Shown: positions 1-9,477, numbered from the stretch's first letter. The stretch is DNA of 64,000 nucleotides from an uncultured Eubacteriales bacterium (GCA_900545515.1 UQZA01000002.1:31345-95344), one strand, 5' to 3'. Made by a program: numbers and translations. Notes: generated from the sequence alone by a model not told the origin.

Positions 1-897
1 GCTTTTCATAAAGTCACAGGTGATATCCTGGGACAGCCCGTGAAAGAGACCGGGTTCTGTGGCGGAAGGGGAGAATTCTGAGGCCCATTTGGCCCGGAAG
101 TATACCGTCGTGGCCAGGGCAAGAACCGTTTCGGCACTCAGCTCCAGTCCCTCCGCCTGCTCCTGAAGAAGCCCACCGGTCTGCTCGTTGATCCAACTCC
201 GCAGGGCCTGGTTGGTCTCCTTTGATCCCATTTTTCCCTGATAGGTGGAGGCATAATAGGTTTTGGACAGGGTGTCCAAGGTGCTTTGGACGAAGGTTAC
301 GTCTTGATTCAGCCATAACGAAGAAGCCAGAATGCAGGTGGTGGCCCCATCGTTCACATAGTGGGACTGCCACAGGGCCGTGGCCCGGGTTCGCAGGGTC
401 TCCAGGTCCGGTACATCCAGCAGGTCCAGTACCTGCTGGCGGCTATTGCCGTCTGTGAGCTCGGCCAGCATGGCCAGCGCCATGTAGAGGCTGAGGGGAG
501 AGTATACCCGGTTTTCTTCGGTTTGCCCTGCCAGAAACTGGGGGATGGTGGAGGAGAGGAAGGAGCCCAGAGTCTGGTTGCATTGTTTGCTCCATTCCCT
601 CCGCGCCGCCTGGTCCTGATACCAAGCCTCATAGGAGGCCCCAGCGGCATCGGACGACTCGTCCGGATAGGGTGCAGATGCCGGATATTCCGCCTGGCTG
701 ACCGCCTGCACCGTGGGGACCAGAGGGCTTCCACCAGGCCATAACACAACGCCCAGGACGATGGCGGCCACAGCTGCCGCTGCAGTCAGGCCCAGCCAAA
801 GGGGCCGGCGGCGCTTTTTCTGGATTTTAGCGGCTTCCACAATGTGCCGGTCGCTGATTTCCTCCATGGCTTTTGTCCATATTTCGTATTTCATCAT
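1..897 (-). CDS. Membrane-anchored serpin-domain protein, putative ECF anti-sigma partner; 5' part only, the C-terminus lies beyond the window start
   Basis: The minus-strand frame starting at ATG 897-895 (MMKYEIWTKAMEEISDRHIVEAAKIQKKRRRP, then a TM segment LWLGLTAAAAVAAIVLGVVLW) stays open to position 1. It encodes serpin hallmarks (VYSPLSLYMALAMLAELTDGNSRQQ, LRSWINEQTGGLL, TTVYFRAKWASEF). Its start overlaps the upstream sigma-factor stop (ATGATGA). It is absent from the ORF track because no stop codon falls inside the window. Confidence 0.6.
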   Translation of the reverse strand, partial: MMKYEIWTKAMEEISDRHIVEAAKIQKKRRRPLWLGLTAAAAVAAIVLGVVLWPGGSPLVPTVQAVSQAEYPASAPYPDESSDAAGASYEAWYQDQAARREWSKQCNQTLGSFLSSTIPQFLAGQTEENRVYSPLSLYMALAMLAELTDGNSRQQVLDLLDVPDLETLRTRATALWQSHYVNDGATTCILASSLWLNQDVTFVQSTLDTLSKTYYASTYQGKMGSKETNQALRSWINEQTGGLLQEQAEGLELSAETVLALATTVYFRAKWASEFSPSATEPGLFHGLSQDITCDFMKS

Positions 898-1445
898 ACT
901 GCTCCTTCCTGTTCCAGATATTGCTTGAGTCGACTGCGGATGCGGTGCAGCTGCACGGAGACATGGTTTTCCGTTATGCCCATTTGCCTGGCAATCCACG
1001 AGACAGAGTCGGAAAACCAATACCGCCGGAGAAACATCACCCGGCTTTTCCTGTCCAGGGTGTCCAGAAAGCAGTCCAGCGTCTGACCCAGTGCCTGCGC
1101 CGACCAGGTCTCCTCGGCGGAGGGAGCGGCCAGGCAGCCCTCCAGCTCTACCAGGGGGAGATTCCGGCTTTCATCCCGCCTTTGGGCGTGATTATGGCGG
1201 TAGCGGTTCAGGGATACATTCCGGGCAACCCGGCAGACAAAGGCCAGCAGGGGATTGGGCCGGTGGGGCGGGATGGCGTTCCATAGGCCCAGGTATGTAT
1301 CGTTGACACACTCCTCCGCGTCCTGGGGGTTTTCCAGGATATTTCGGGAAATCTGAAAAATCAGCCCCTGGTATTTGGCGGCCGTTTCCGGGATGGCCTG
1401 TTCTGAACGCTGGAAAAACAGGTCCACAATCTCTGCATCTTCCAC
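894..1445 (-). CDS. RNA polymerase ECF-type sigma-70 factor
   Basis: 183-aa ORF with region 2 (DTYLGLWNAIPP) and region 4 (IARQMGITENHVSVQLHRIRSRLK) motifs. RBS AAAGGAGG lies upstream. Confidence 0.85.
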   Translation of the reverse strand: MEDAEIVDLFFQRSEQAIPETAAKYQGLIFQISRNILENPQDAEECVNDTYLGLWNAIPPHRPNPLLAFVCRVARNVSLNRYRHNHAQRRDESRNLPLVELEGCLAAPSAEETWSAQALGQTLDCFLDTLDRKSRVMFLRRYWFSDSVSWIARQMGITENHVSVQLHRIRSRLKQYLEQEGAV

Positions 1446-1657
1446 GGCAGTACCTCCTTTCTCCTACTGATCAACTACCGATTGGAGCTGGCATCTTACA
1501 GGATATTCAAAAATTTTTTGTTTTGGCATGAAAAAGCTGCTGCAAGCCGGACCGGTCAGATCTGCCCACGGAACCCTGCATGAAGTGGAAACCTTCACAG
1601 GGGACATCAAGGGAGTTCTGATTCGCTCACGATTTGCAGCAGCGTTGCTATGCTCCT

Positions 1658-2098
1658 TTAGCCGCAGTGACATGCACCTTCGTGACAAGCGGCGCAGTTT
1701 TCGGCAAACTTCTCCTTGTCGTAGGGGATGCCGTTGCGGTCGTAGTAGTCCTTGACAGCAGCCCGGACGGCCTCTTCAGCCAGGACGGAGCAGTGGAGCT
1801 TATGGGCAGGCAGCCCGTCCAGGGCCTCCACCACAGCCTTGTTGGACAGCTCCAGGGCTTCGGAAATGGGTTTGCCCTTGATCATCTCCGTGGCCATGGA
1901 GGAAGAGGCAATGGCGGAGCCACAGCCAAAGGTGTTGAATTTCACGTCCGTAATGACGTCATTTTCCACCTTGATATAGATCTTCATAATGTCGCCGCAC
2001 TTGGCGTTGCCCACCTCGCCGACGCCGTCGGCGTCGTCCATTTTACCCAAGTTCCGGGGGTGGGTGAAGTGATCCATGACTTTTTCACTGTACAGCAT
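1658..2098 (-). CDS. iscU: Fe-S cluster scaffold protein NifU/IscU
   Basis: MLYSEKVMDHFTHPRNLG...GCGSAIASS with the conserved Cys ligands and a Cys-rich C-terminal tail. The real start is M98 of the 243-aa track ORF, with RBS AGGAG. Confidence 0.85.
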   Translation of the reverse strand: MLYSEKVMDHFTHPRNLGKMDDADGVGEVGNAKCGDIMKIYIKVENDVITDVKFNTFGCGSAIASSSMATEMIKGKPISEALELSNKAVVEALDGLPAHKLHCSVLAEEAVRAAVKDYYDRNGIPYDKEKFAENCAACHEGACHCG

Positions 2099-3281
2099 AA
2101 TCAATTTCTCCTTTCTCAATTGCCTCCCACACCGGGGAAATGGAACGCAGATAAGAAACCACCTGAGGAATCTCCTGGAGCATATAATCCACATCCTCCT
2201 GGGTGTTGGCTCCGCTGAGGGACAGGCGCAGAGAGCCATGGGCCACCTCATGAGGAAGTCCCAGGGCCAAAAGCACATGGCTGGGATCCAGAGAACCGGA
2301 GGTGCAGGCAGAGCCGGAGGAGGCTTCGATCCCCTTGGCATCCAGGAGCAGCAGGAGAGATTCACCCTCGATGCCTTGGAAGCAGACATTTACGTTGCCG
2401 GGGAGCCGGTGCTCCGTGTCGCCATTGACTATAGTGAGGGGAATTTGGCTGAGGCCTTCCAACAGCTGATCCCGAAGCTTGGACACCCGGGCGGCTGTCT
2501 CCTTCATGTTCTGGCAGGCCTCGGTGAAAGCGGCGGCCATGGCGGCGATGCCGGGAACATTCTCCGTCCCTGCCCGCTTGCTCCGCTCCTGGGCGCCACC
2601 TTCAATGAGGTTGGTGAGCCACACGCCGGTCCGGGCATACAGAGCGCCTACGCCCTTGGGGGCGCCGAATTTGTGGCCGGACAGGGAGAGCAGGTCGATG
2701 TGCATGGCCTGGACGTCAATGGGCAGGTGTCCGGCAGCCTGCACGGCGTCGGTATGGAACAGCACGCCGTGCTTCTGGCAGACTGTGCCGATTTCCGCAA
2801 TGGGCTGAATGGTGCCCACTTCGTTATTGGCAAACATAATAGAGACCAGGCAGGTATCGGGCCGGATGGCAGCTTCCACCTGCTCCGCCGTCACCAGACC
2901 TTTGCGGCCCACGTCCAGAAGGGTCACCTGGAAGCCCTCCTTCTCCAGGCGCTTCAGGCTGTGGAGAACGGCGTGATGCTCAAAGGCGGTGGAGATGATG
3001 TGCATTTTCCCCTTCTTTTTCCCTAACATGGCGCCGGAGAGCAGAGCCTGATTGTCTGCCTCACTGCCGCCGGAGGTGAAGGTAATCTCCCGCTCCCGGG
3101 CGGCATTCAGGCATTTGGCTACATCCTGCCGGGCCTTCAAGAGTACTTCTGCGGCCTCCTGGCCGACGGTGTGCAGAGAGGAGGGGTTGCCCCAGGCCCG
3201 GTCCATGGTTTCCAGCAAAACCCGGCGGGCTGTGTCAGAAATCGGGGTGGTGGCTGCATTGTCTACATAAATGCGATTCAT
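2085..3281 (-). CDS. iscS: Cysteine desulfurase (NifS/IscS family, PLP-dependent)
   Basis: 398 aa with SLSGHKFGAPKGVGALY (PLP-Lys) and SSGSACTS (catalytic Cys loop). Confidence 0.9.
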   Translation of the reverse strand: MNRIYVDNAATTPISDTARRVLLETMDRAWGNPSSLHTVGQEAAEVLLKARQDVAKCLNAAREREITFTSGGSEADNQALLSGAMLGKKKGKMHIISTAFEHHAVLHSLKRLEKEGFQVTLLDVGRKGLVTAEQVEAAIRPDTCLVSIMFANNEVGTIQPIAEIGTVCQKHGVLFHTDAVQAAGHLPIDVQAMHIDLLSLSGHKFGAPKGVGALYARTGVWLTNLIEGGAQERSKRAGTENVPGIAAMAAAFTEACQNMKETAARVSKLRDQLLEGLSQIPLTIVNGDTEHRLPGNVNVCFQGIEGESLLLLLDAKGIEASSGSACTSGSLDPSHVLLALGLPHEVAHGSLRLSLSGANTQEDVDYMLQEIPQVVSYLRSISPVWEAIEKGEIDYAVQ

Positions 3282-3350
3282 ATGATCACCCTTTGTATAG
3301 TATAAATTGAGATTTATGTCAAAATCGGAAGAATCCCGATTGGATCTCCG

Positions 3351-4280
3351 TCAATCCGGAAACAGGGCGGTGGACAGGTACCGTTCCCCTCCGTCGGGGA
3401 GGATCACCGCCAGAGTTTTCCCCTGGCTTTCCGGACGGGCTGCCACCCGGGCCGCCGCCGCCACAGCTGCGCCGGAGGAGATACCCACCAGGAGGCCCTC
3501 CAGGCGGGCCAGATCCCGGACTGCTGTATAGGCCTCCTCCTCCGTCACCGGTACCACCTCGTCATACAGGCGGGTGTCCAGGACGCGGGGAATGAAATTG
3601 GCGCCGATACCCTGAATGCCGTGAGGGCCGGGTGCTCCGCCCTCCAGGAGGGGAGAGGCAGCAGGTTCCACAGCGACCAGTTTAATTTTATAATTTTGCT
3701 GCTTCAGATACCGGCCCGCGCCAGTGATGGTGCCGCCGGTGCCCACACCGCCCACCAAAATGTCCAGCCGTCCGCCTGTATCTGCCCAAAGCTCCGGGCC
3801 GGTGGTGCGAAAATGGGCTCTGGGATTGCAGGGATTTTCAAACTGACCGGCGATCCAAGCGCCGGGGATTTCCTTTTGCAGTTGACGGGCCTTCTCCACC
3901 GCCCCGGCCATTCCCGCGGAACCCGGTGTAAGAACCAGCTCTGCGCCGTATGCCCGGATCAGCTTCCGGCGCTCCGGGCTCATGGTCTCTGGCATGATGA
4001 TGATGACCCGATAGCCTCTGGCTGCGCCGAAGGCGGCAAGGCCGATGCCGGTGTTGCCGGAGGTGGGCTCCAGGATGGTGCCGCCGGGGGAGAGCAATCC
4101 GTCTTCTTCTGCCTGGCGGAGCATCTCCAGGGCTACCCGGTCCTTTACGCTACCGCCTGGATTCCGGCTCTCCAGCTTTCCTAGAATCTGCGCCCGCAAG
4201 CCGCGGTTGGCGGTAAACCGGCCCAGCCGCACCAGGGGCGTCCGGCCCACCAGTCCTTCTACCGATTGATAAATTGCCAT
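3351..4280 (-). CDS. cysK: Cysteine synthase A (O-acetylserine sulfhydrylase)
   Basis: 309 aa with the PLP-fold motifs GRTPLVRL, SVKDR, TSGNTGIGLA and GVGTGGTITG. Confidence 0.9.
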   Translation of the reverse strand: MAIYQSVEGLVGRTPLVRLGRFTANRGLRAQILGKLESRNPGGSVKDRVALEMLRQAEEDGLLSPGGTILEPTSGNTGIGLAAFGAARGYRVIIIMPETMSPERRKLIRAYGAELVLTPGSAGMAGAVEKARQLQKEIPGAWIAGQFENPCNPRAHFRTTGPELWADTGGRLDILVGGVGTGGTITGAGRYLKQQNYKIKLVAVEPAASPLLEGGAPGPHGIQGIGANFIPRVLDTRLYDEVVPVTEEEAYTAVRDLARLEGLLVGISSGAAVAAAARVAARPESQGKTLAVILPDGGERYLSTALFPD

Positions 4281-4320
4281 GGTCTTTCCTCCTCAAGGGT
4301 CCCTCATCGCTTCTGAGGGC

Positions 4321-4357
4321 ATTCTAGCACACAATTCCTACCAAGTCAATAGGAATT
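4321..4357 (-). promoter_or_regulatory. cysK promoter (-35 TTGACT, 17 nt, -10 TAGAAT on the minus strand) embedded in the perfect inverted repeat AATTCCTA-N9-TAGGAATT, a candidate CymR/Rrf2 operator
   Basis: Minus-strand read: AATTCCTATTGACTTGGTAGGAATTGTGTGCTAGAAT. The arms are exact reverse complements. The TMGGAATT half-site resembles CymR boxes. Confidence 0.4.
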
Positions 4358-4435
4358 ATAGGACTTCCCGATGTAGCAGCCCCTACTCAGTTCCCTGGAA
4401 ATGGCGGAGAGGGGTAACCTGGTTTTGCCAGGCCT

Positions 4436-4921
4436 CTATTCGCCGCACTTGCAAACCGTTGTTTCCACTTGACCGGTCTTTGGCTGGGGGCAGGGCAAAT
4501 CTTGAGGCAGCCGTCCCTGGAGCAGGTCTGCCAAAGACACCCGGCGCAGGTAGCTGTCGATCAGCTGATCCAGCTGCCGCCACATGGGATAGGTGATGCA
4601 GCGCTCCGATTTTTCACAGGCGCCGCCAGGCTCCAGACAGTACACCGGTGCCATACTACCCTCTGTAAGTTGCAGAATTTCTCCCACAGAGCAAGACTCC
4701 GGCGGACGGGTCAGGCGGTAACCGCCGCCCTTGCCCCGCAGACTCCGGACCAGACCGGCCCGGTTCAGCATGGCAACAATGCTCTCCAGGTATTTCATAG
4801 ATATGTTCTGCCGCTGCGCTACCTCTCGAAGAGAGATGTATGCCTCCGGGTCCTGCTGGGCCAGATCCAGGCAGACGATTAGGGCATAGCGGCCCTTCGT
4901 GGATACCATCATTGTTCTCAC
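4436..4921 (-). CDS. cymR: Rrf2-family transcriptional regulator (CymR/IscR-like)
   Basis: STKGRYALIVCLDLA...SLREVAQRQNISMKYLESIVAMLNRAGLVRSLRGKGGGYRL is the Rrf2 wHTH. It is encoded first in an operon with cysK-iscS-iscU. Confidence 0.8.
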   Translation of the reverse strand: MRTMMVSTKGRYALIVCLDLAQQDPEAYISLREVAQRQNISMKYLESIVAMLNRAGLVRSLRGKGGGYRLTRPPESCSVGEILQLTEGSMAPVYCLEPGGACEKSERCITYPMWRQLDQLIDSYLRRVSLADLLQGRLPQDLPCPQPKTGQVETTVCKCGE

Positions 4922-5021
4922 CTCTTCCCATATAATACGATAGGATTACTAGGAATTCAAGACCGGCTTGCACTTAATATGCCCGCCGTGGTATACTATA
5001 TGCACACTGAGCAGGGGAGGA

Positions 5022-5900
5022 ATGGAAATGGATCAGGAAAATGCCTCGCGCCGGGGTTATCTCGAAGAGGATTTCCGGCTATTTCATCTGAAGGACGCCG
5101 TCATGGGACCGGTGGATTGGCATTACCACAGCTTTCACAAAATCCTGGTACTGCTTGCCGGGCGCGCCTCCTATGCCATTGAGGGCCAGAGCTATGCCCT
5201 GGAGCCGGGAGATGTGGTTTTGGTGCCCCGGGGCTCCATTCACCGGCCGGAGATTGCCCCCGGACAGGCCTATGAGCGGTACATTTTATACATTGCCCCG
5301 GAGTTTCTCCAGAAGGCCTCTACGGCGGAGACAGACTTGGGCAGTTGTTTCCGTCTGGCGGCGGAGAAATACAGCTATGTGCTCCGCCCAGACCGGGAGG
5401 TCCGGATTGTCCGGCTGCTGGAGACTCTGCGGGACTCCCAGGCGGCCCCAGGCTACGGCCAGGAGCTGCTGGACAAGGCCCTGGTGACCCAATTTCTGAT
5501 TGCCGTCACCCGGGATCTGGAGGCGCGTCAGCTGCAATATGTGGCCTCCGCCTCCTGTGACGAAAAGATCGTCTCCATTCTCAAGTATCTGAATCTGCAC
5601 CTGTCTGAGCGCCAGTCTATTGACAGCCTGTCCCGGCAGTTTTATATCAGCAAATACTACATGATGCGCCGGTTTAAGGCAGAAACCGGCTACACCATTC
5701 ACGGGTATCTCACAGAGAAGCGGCTGCTCCTGGCTCGGGAGAGAATCAGGGCAGGGGAGGCCTTGGGCCAGGTCAGCGAGGCCTGCGGCTTCCAGGATTA
5801 CTCCACCTTCTCCCGGGCCTACAAAAAGAGGTTTGGAGCCAGCCCCAACGCTCCGATCCCCGAGGCCCGGAGCCTGGTGCCTGCAGAACCCCTGGATTGA
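5022..5900 (+). CDS. AraC-family transcriptional regulator with N-terminal cupin domain
   Basis: C-terminal HTH_AraC (YISKYYMMRRFKAETGYTIHGYLTEKRLLLARERI) and N-terminal cupin (GDVVLVPRGSIHRPE). Start ATG at 5022 after AGGGGAGG. Confidence 0.75.
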   Translation: MEMDQENASRRGYLEEDFRLFHLKDAVMGPVDWHYHSFHKILVLLAGRASYAIEGQSYALEPGDVVLVPRGSIHRPEIAPGQAYERYILYIAPEFLQKASTAETDLGSCFRLAAEKYSYVLRPDREVRIVRLLETLRDSQAAPGYGQELLDKALVTQFLIAVTRDLEARQLQYVASASCDEKIVSILKYLNLHLSERQSIDSLSRQFYISKYYMMRRFKAETGYTIHGYLTEKRLLLARERIRAGEALGQVSEACGFQDYSTFSRAYKKRFGASPNAPIPEARSLVPAEPLD

Positions 5901-6610
5901 GCCTTATGGAGAGAAGAATGAGATCCGGCCCCTCCCGGGAGACTCTTCGCTGTGTCGCCGCCGGCACCATGTTCATCGACCATATAGGGGTAGCACTCTT
6001 TCCCGGTGTGCTGTGGCTTCGGTGCGTGGGGCGGCTGGCCTTTCCCATATTTGCCTTTTTCCTGGCAGAGGGGTTTCGCCTGACCCACAGCCGGAAGCGG
6101 TATCTCCAGCGCCTGGTTCTCTTTGCCCTCTTGGCTGAGCTTCCCTTTGACCGGATGACTGGCAAGCAATGGGTGGACTGGTCCGGACAAAATGTCCTTT
6201 GGACCCTGGCCCTGGGGTTGTGCGCCATGGCCTGTGTCCAGCGGGCGCCCCGGGAGCCGGGGTTGCCCTCATTGGCCTGGCTTTCTGCCGCAGCGGGATG
6301 CTGCCTGCTGGGAGAGCTGCTGAACACCGATTATGGAGCCTTCGGGGTGCTCCTGTGCCTGCTATTTTACTGCACCCACGGCCTGCGGAGGAGGTTCTGG
6401 ATTTGCGGGGGGATGTTCCTGTGGATGTGCTACGCATTCCAGTTTGTCTTCCTTCCGGGAATTCCGGTACCTTTGGAGGCCCTGGGGATTTTGTCCTTCC
6501 CTCTGCTGGCGGTCTACCGGGGCCGCCGGAGCTCCCGGCGGCCCCTGGGTCGGTATGGGTTTTATTGGTTTTACCCTTTGCACATGCTGCTTTTAGCCCT
6601 CTTCAGTTAG
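5897..6610 (+). CDS. TraX-family membrane protein
   Basis: Multi-TM protein with the TraX-like N-terminus LRCVAAGTMFIDHIGVALFP and a conserved GFRLTHSRKRYLQRL segment. Confidence 0.65.
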   Translation: MSLMERRMRSGPSRETLRCVAAGTMFIDHIGVALFPGVLWLRCVGRLAFPIFAFFLAEGFRLTHSRKRYLQRLVLFALLAELPFDRMTGKQWVDWSGQNVLWTLALGLCAMACVQRAPREPGLPSLAWLSAAAGCCLLGELLNTDYGAFGVLLCLLFYCTHGLRRRFWICGGMFLWMCYAFQFVFLPGIPVPLEALGILSFPLLAVYRGRRSSRRPLGRYGFYWFYPLHMLLLALFS

Positions 6611-6849
6611 GCAGAGAGCATGTCACTGACTGCAATGGCGCCCAAAAGGGAAAGCGGCAGACATATCCCGGCGGCAACTGCCCAAGGCCTGTATGTTCCC
6701 TGCTTCTGCCTGGTCCGGATGGCCTTCAGAAGGGAAAAATGAACCCGATGGGCCACAAGGGGAAAAAGGGGACCCTGATATAAGCAAGGACCTCTGATAA
6801 AACGTGCACGTTGCCATTGCCCCTTTCTGAAATGCCAACAGGTGCCAAA

Positions 6850-9477
6850 TTATCCTTCCGACTCCCGGAAGAGGAAGGTGGCGACCTGCCCCCGGGTGCA
6901 GCTTCGATTGGGCATAAAATGGGTGGCATCAATCCCCAGGGTAATTCCCCTGGCAGCGGCCCACAACACGGCGTCATAGTAGAATCGGTCCTGCGTCACA
7001 TCCACGAATGGATTTCTGCCGGATACAGCGGGGCAGCCTCCGGCGCGCCACAGGAAGGTTACCAGCTGCCCCCGGGTTACGACTCCCTCGGGGTTGAAGT
7101 GGGTGGCGTCCACGCCGGCGGTGATGCCTTGTTCTGCTGCCCACAACACCGCATCATAGTAATACCGCTTGGGGGTCACATCCAGGAAGGGGCACTGGGC
7201 CGATTCCGGGGCTGGGCATCCCTTGGCACGCCACAGGAAGGTCACTACCTGCCCCCGGGTGCAGGTTTGCTCCGGCATAAAGTGGGTACGGTCTATGCCG
7301 GAAGCAACCCCGGCATAGACAGCCCACAGGACCGGCGTATAGTAGTACCGTCCTTCTTCAACGTCCACAAAAGGGTTTGGCCAGGGACCAATGGATTCGG
7401 TCCGGTTTTCGTTGCACCGGGTGCAGACATAGGTCTTTACACCGGGTTTGGCCGGTGTGGGCGGTGTGGTCACCCTGCCTTTGTCCCAGCTGTGGCCTCT
7501 GGGGTTTACATAACAGTCCACATAGGAGTTTCCGCAGACAGAGCAGGTGTGGGTGGTGTAGCCCTCCTCGGTACAGGTGGGGGGTGTGACCAGTTCCCCA
7601 TATTGGTGAGGTAAAGGAGAAATGGCTTGGGTTTCTCGGATGCCGCACCGGGTGCATGTATAGACGGTGGTGCCGGGACTGGTACAGGTGGGCTCCTGAG
7701 CCACGATGCCCTGATCGTAGGCATGCCCCAGAGGTGCTATGGTCTCCGGCTGACTGTGGCCGCAGCGGATACAGGCGCGCTCCTGCAATCCTGGATCTGT
7801 GCAGGTGGGTTCTTGCTTGCAGACTGCCGGTCCCAGGCTGTGGCCCAGGGCCGGGGTGTAGGTATCCCGATAGGAATGGCCGCAGAGGGTACAGGTGTAG
7901 GTGGTGTATCCCTCTTCTGTACAGCTTGGGGGCGTCACGTCAGCTTTGTAATCATGGGTGTGAGGGGCTGGGGTCCACTGAGCGTAGAGGGTATGGTCCC
8001 TGCCGATTGTCACCTGGGTATCCTCCGTCACCCGGAGCTTCGTCCCGCCTTGGTCCAGGTACCAGCCTGCAAAGGCGTAGTCCAGGCGAACCGGATCCGG
8101 CAGGGGACCATAGGATGCGCCATACGTGACGGACACCATGGAAGGGCTGACTGTGCCGCCGTTTGGGTCCAGAGTTACGGAAACGGACCCGTTCAGGCAC
8201 TCCAGTCCACCGGTTTTGGGGTCCAGCCGGTAAAACACCGGCCCGCTTTTGGCGGTGCAGTACCACCAGACAGAGCCCTCCAATATTACCGGCTGACAAT
8301 CGGACAATCTGCCGCTGCCATGGTAGATATTCCCCACCAGTTTTCCGGAACCATCCAGGAAGCCGAACTGCAGCTCCTCCTGGGCCTCCCAGAGCAGAAG
8401 CAGCCGGTCCTCCCCCAGTTTGACCAGATAGGGATTGGAGGCGCCTGCGGGCTGGCTGTCTTCAAAGGACGTTATCCAACGGAGTTCTGTGGCGGACTGG
8501 GTGAAATTTTGCGCCGGGGTGCTGGTGACAAAGATGTTCCGGACGCCACCGAAGGCGCTTTCCTCGTTCTGCGCCACGGAGCAGCCTGCAACCAGGTAGG
8601 CCGAGGAGGTTGCCGCCAACCCGCCCAGGCTAAGGCCCGTACGATTGTCTCCGGTTTCTCCGGAAATGGGGAGGACTTCCACCATATCCGCATAGCCGGA
8701 GAAGGTCTCCTCCCCGCCTGGCCGGGCGCAACGGGACAGCGCCACTGCCCGGGGATAGGCGTCTCCGTGGTCTGCTGCCAGGAGGGTGGTGCCCCGCAGT
8801 GCCAGAAACTGGTTGAAGGAGTGACTCACATATCCAAAGCCGAAACGGCTGACAGCGGTGTGCCGGTCCGTCACCTCCATGGTGGAAATCTGCACACAAA
8901 AGGTGAGGTTGGCCTGGTGGTTCAGTCCGTCGCTTGGATTCTGATACATTTTGTGACTGGTACGGATGTACAGCATATCTCCACACTGTACCATACAGAG
9001 ACTCCCGGCGTGAAAGGGCGTTACCGTATTGGCCCCTGTCAGACGGGCGTCATCCAGCCGCCTCCAGTCCTTGGTATAACGGACCACCCGGATGACTTCC
9101 CTGCCATCGTCTTCCTCCGGGTTTTCCTGGCCAAAGACGAAGAAATTGTACTGGTCTCCAGAGTAAAAGCCGCCAAACAGAGGCAACTCTACCGCCAGGT
9201 CCTGCTGGGACAGAATTTGCCCCGTCTCGTTGTAGGATTCTACGGTGATCCGGTCCCCAGTGTATTCCACCCGCGTCATGAAGCTGCCATTGCCTGCCAT
9301 CAGGTAGGAACGTACTGGCCGGGCGGTGTTTCCCTCATAGTTGTGATCTCCTGCGTTATCCGTCACCACCGGCGCAGGGCTGGAAGCTCCGGCGTGGCCA
9401 GAGGTGAGGCCACACAGCACAGCTGCGAGGATGAAAAAAGCAAAAAAACGTCTCATAATCGTCTGCCCTCTTTCCAT
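6850..9477 (-). CDS. Large secreted cell-surface protein: signal peptide, unknown ~470-aa N-terminal domain, a Listeria-Bacteroides (Flg_new) repeat, five Cys-rich ~33-aa repeats, and three C-terminal SLH domains
   Basis: 875 aa. Signal peptide MRRFFAFFILAAVLCGLTSGHAGA. Flg_new repeat LDYAFAGWYLDQGGTKL...YAQWTP. Repeats CTEEGYTTYTCTLCGHSY. SLH motifs FVDV..RYYYTPVLWAV..GI..G....F.P....TRGQVVTFLWR occur three times. Confidence 0.8.
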   Translation of the reverse strand: MERGQTIMRRFFAFFILAAVLCGLTSGHAGASSPAPVVTDNAGDHNYEGNTARPVRSYLMAGNGSFMTRVEYTGDRITVESYNETGQILSQQDLAVELPLFGGFYSGDQYNFFVFGQENPEEDDGREVIRVVRYTKDWRRLDDARLTGANTVTPFHAGSLCMVQCGDMLYIRTSHKMYQNPSDGLNHQANLTFCVQISTMEVTDRHTAVSRFGFGYVSHSFNQFLALRGTTLLAADHGDAYPRAVALSRCARPGGEETFSGYADMVEVLPISGETGDNRTGLSLGGLAATSSAYLVAGCSVAQNEESAFGGVRNIFVTSTPAQNFTQSATELRWITSFEDSQPAGASNPYLVKLGEDRLLLLWEAQEELQFGFLDGSGKLVGNIYHGSGRLSDCQPVILEGSVWWYCTAKSGPVFYRLDPKTGGLECLNGSVSVTLDPNGGTVSPSMVSVTYGASYGPLPDPVRLDYAFAGWYLDQGGTKLRVTEDTQVTIGRDHTLYAQWTPAPHTHDYKADVTPPSCTEEGYTTYTCTLCGHSYRDTYTPALGHSLGPAVCKQEPTCTDPGLQERACIRCGHSQPETIAPLGHAYDQGIVAQEPTCTSPGTTVYTCTRCGIRETQAISPLPHQYGELVTPPTCTEEGYTTHTCSVCGNSYVDCYVNPRGHSWDKGRVTTPPTPAKPGVKTYVCTRCNENRTESIGPWPNPFVDVEEGRYYYTPVLWAVYAGVASGIDRTHFMPEQTCTRGQVVTFLWRAKGCPAPESAQCPFLDVTPKRYYYDAVLWAAEQGITAGVDATHFNPEGVVTRGQLVTFLWRAGGCPAVSGRNPFVDVTQDRFYYDAVLWAAARGITLGIDATHFMPNRSCTRGQVATFLFRESEG
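7407..7965 (-). repeat. Tandem in-frame ~100-bp repeats encoding the Cys-rich 33-aa units (PxCTxxGYTTxTCxxCGxxY) inside the SLH protein gene
   Basis: Five consecutive units are seen in translation (TPPSCTEEGYTTYTCTLCGHSY, EPTCTDPGLQERACIRCGHSQ, EPTCTSPGTTVYTCTRCGIRE, TPPTCTEEGYTTHTCSVCGNSY, KPGVKTYVCTRCNEN). DNA similarity is visible around 7560 and 7900. Confidence 0.6.

Noticed and set aside
14-749. Track ORFs 14-373(-), 354-749(-) and 361-744(+)
   Set aside because: They are out of frame relative to the continuous serpin-encoding frame that starts at 897 and runs off the window edge. Their compositions look spurious.
1658-2389. 243-aa version of nifU; likewise 295-aa rpiB (45375-46262), 358-aa lspA (49177-50253), 272-aa zinc-ribbon gene (15243-16061) and 195-aa comEB (18235-18822)
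   Set aside because: These are N-terminal extensions created by open GC-rich frame. Internal ATGs with good RBS and homology-defined N-termini give the shorter genes reported.
4281-4435. T-box or S-box leader upstream of cysK
   Set aside because: No T-box AAnnnGGGTGGnACCGCG sequence and no specifier or S-box features. Interpreted as promoter plus CymR-like operator.
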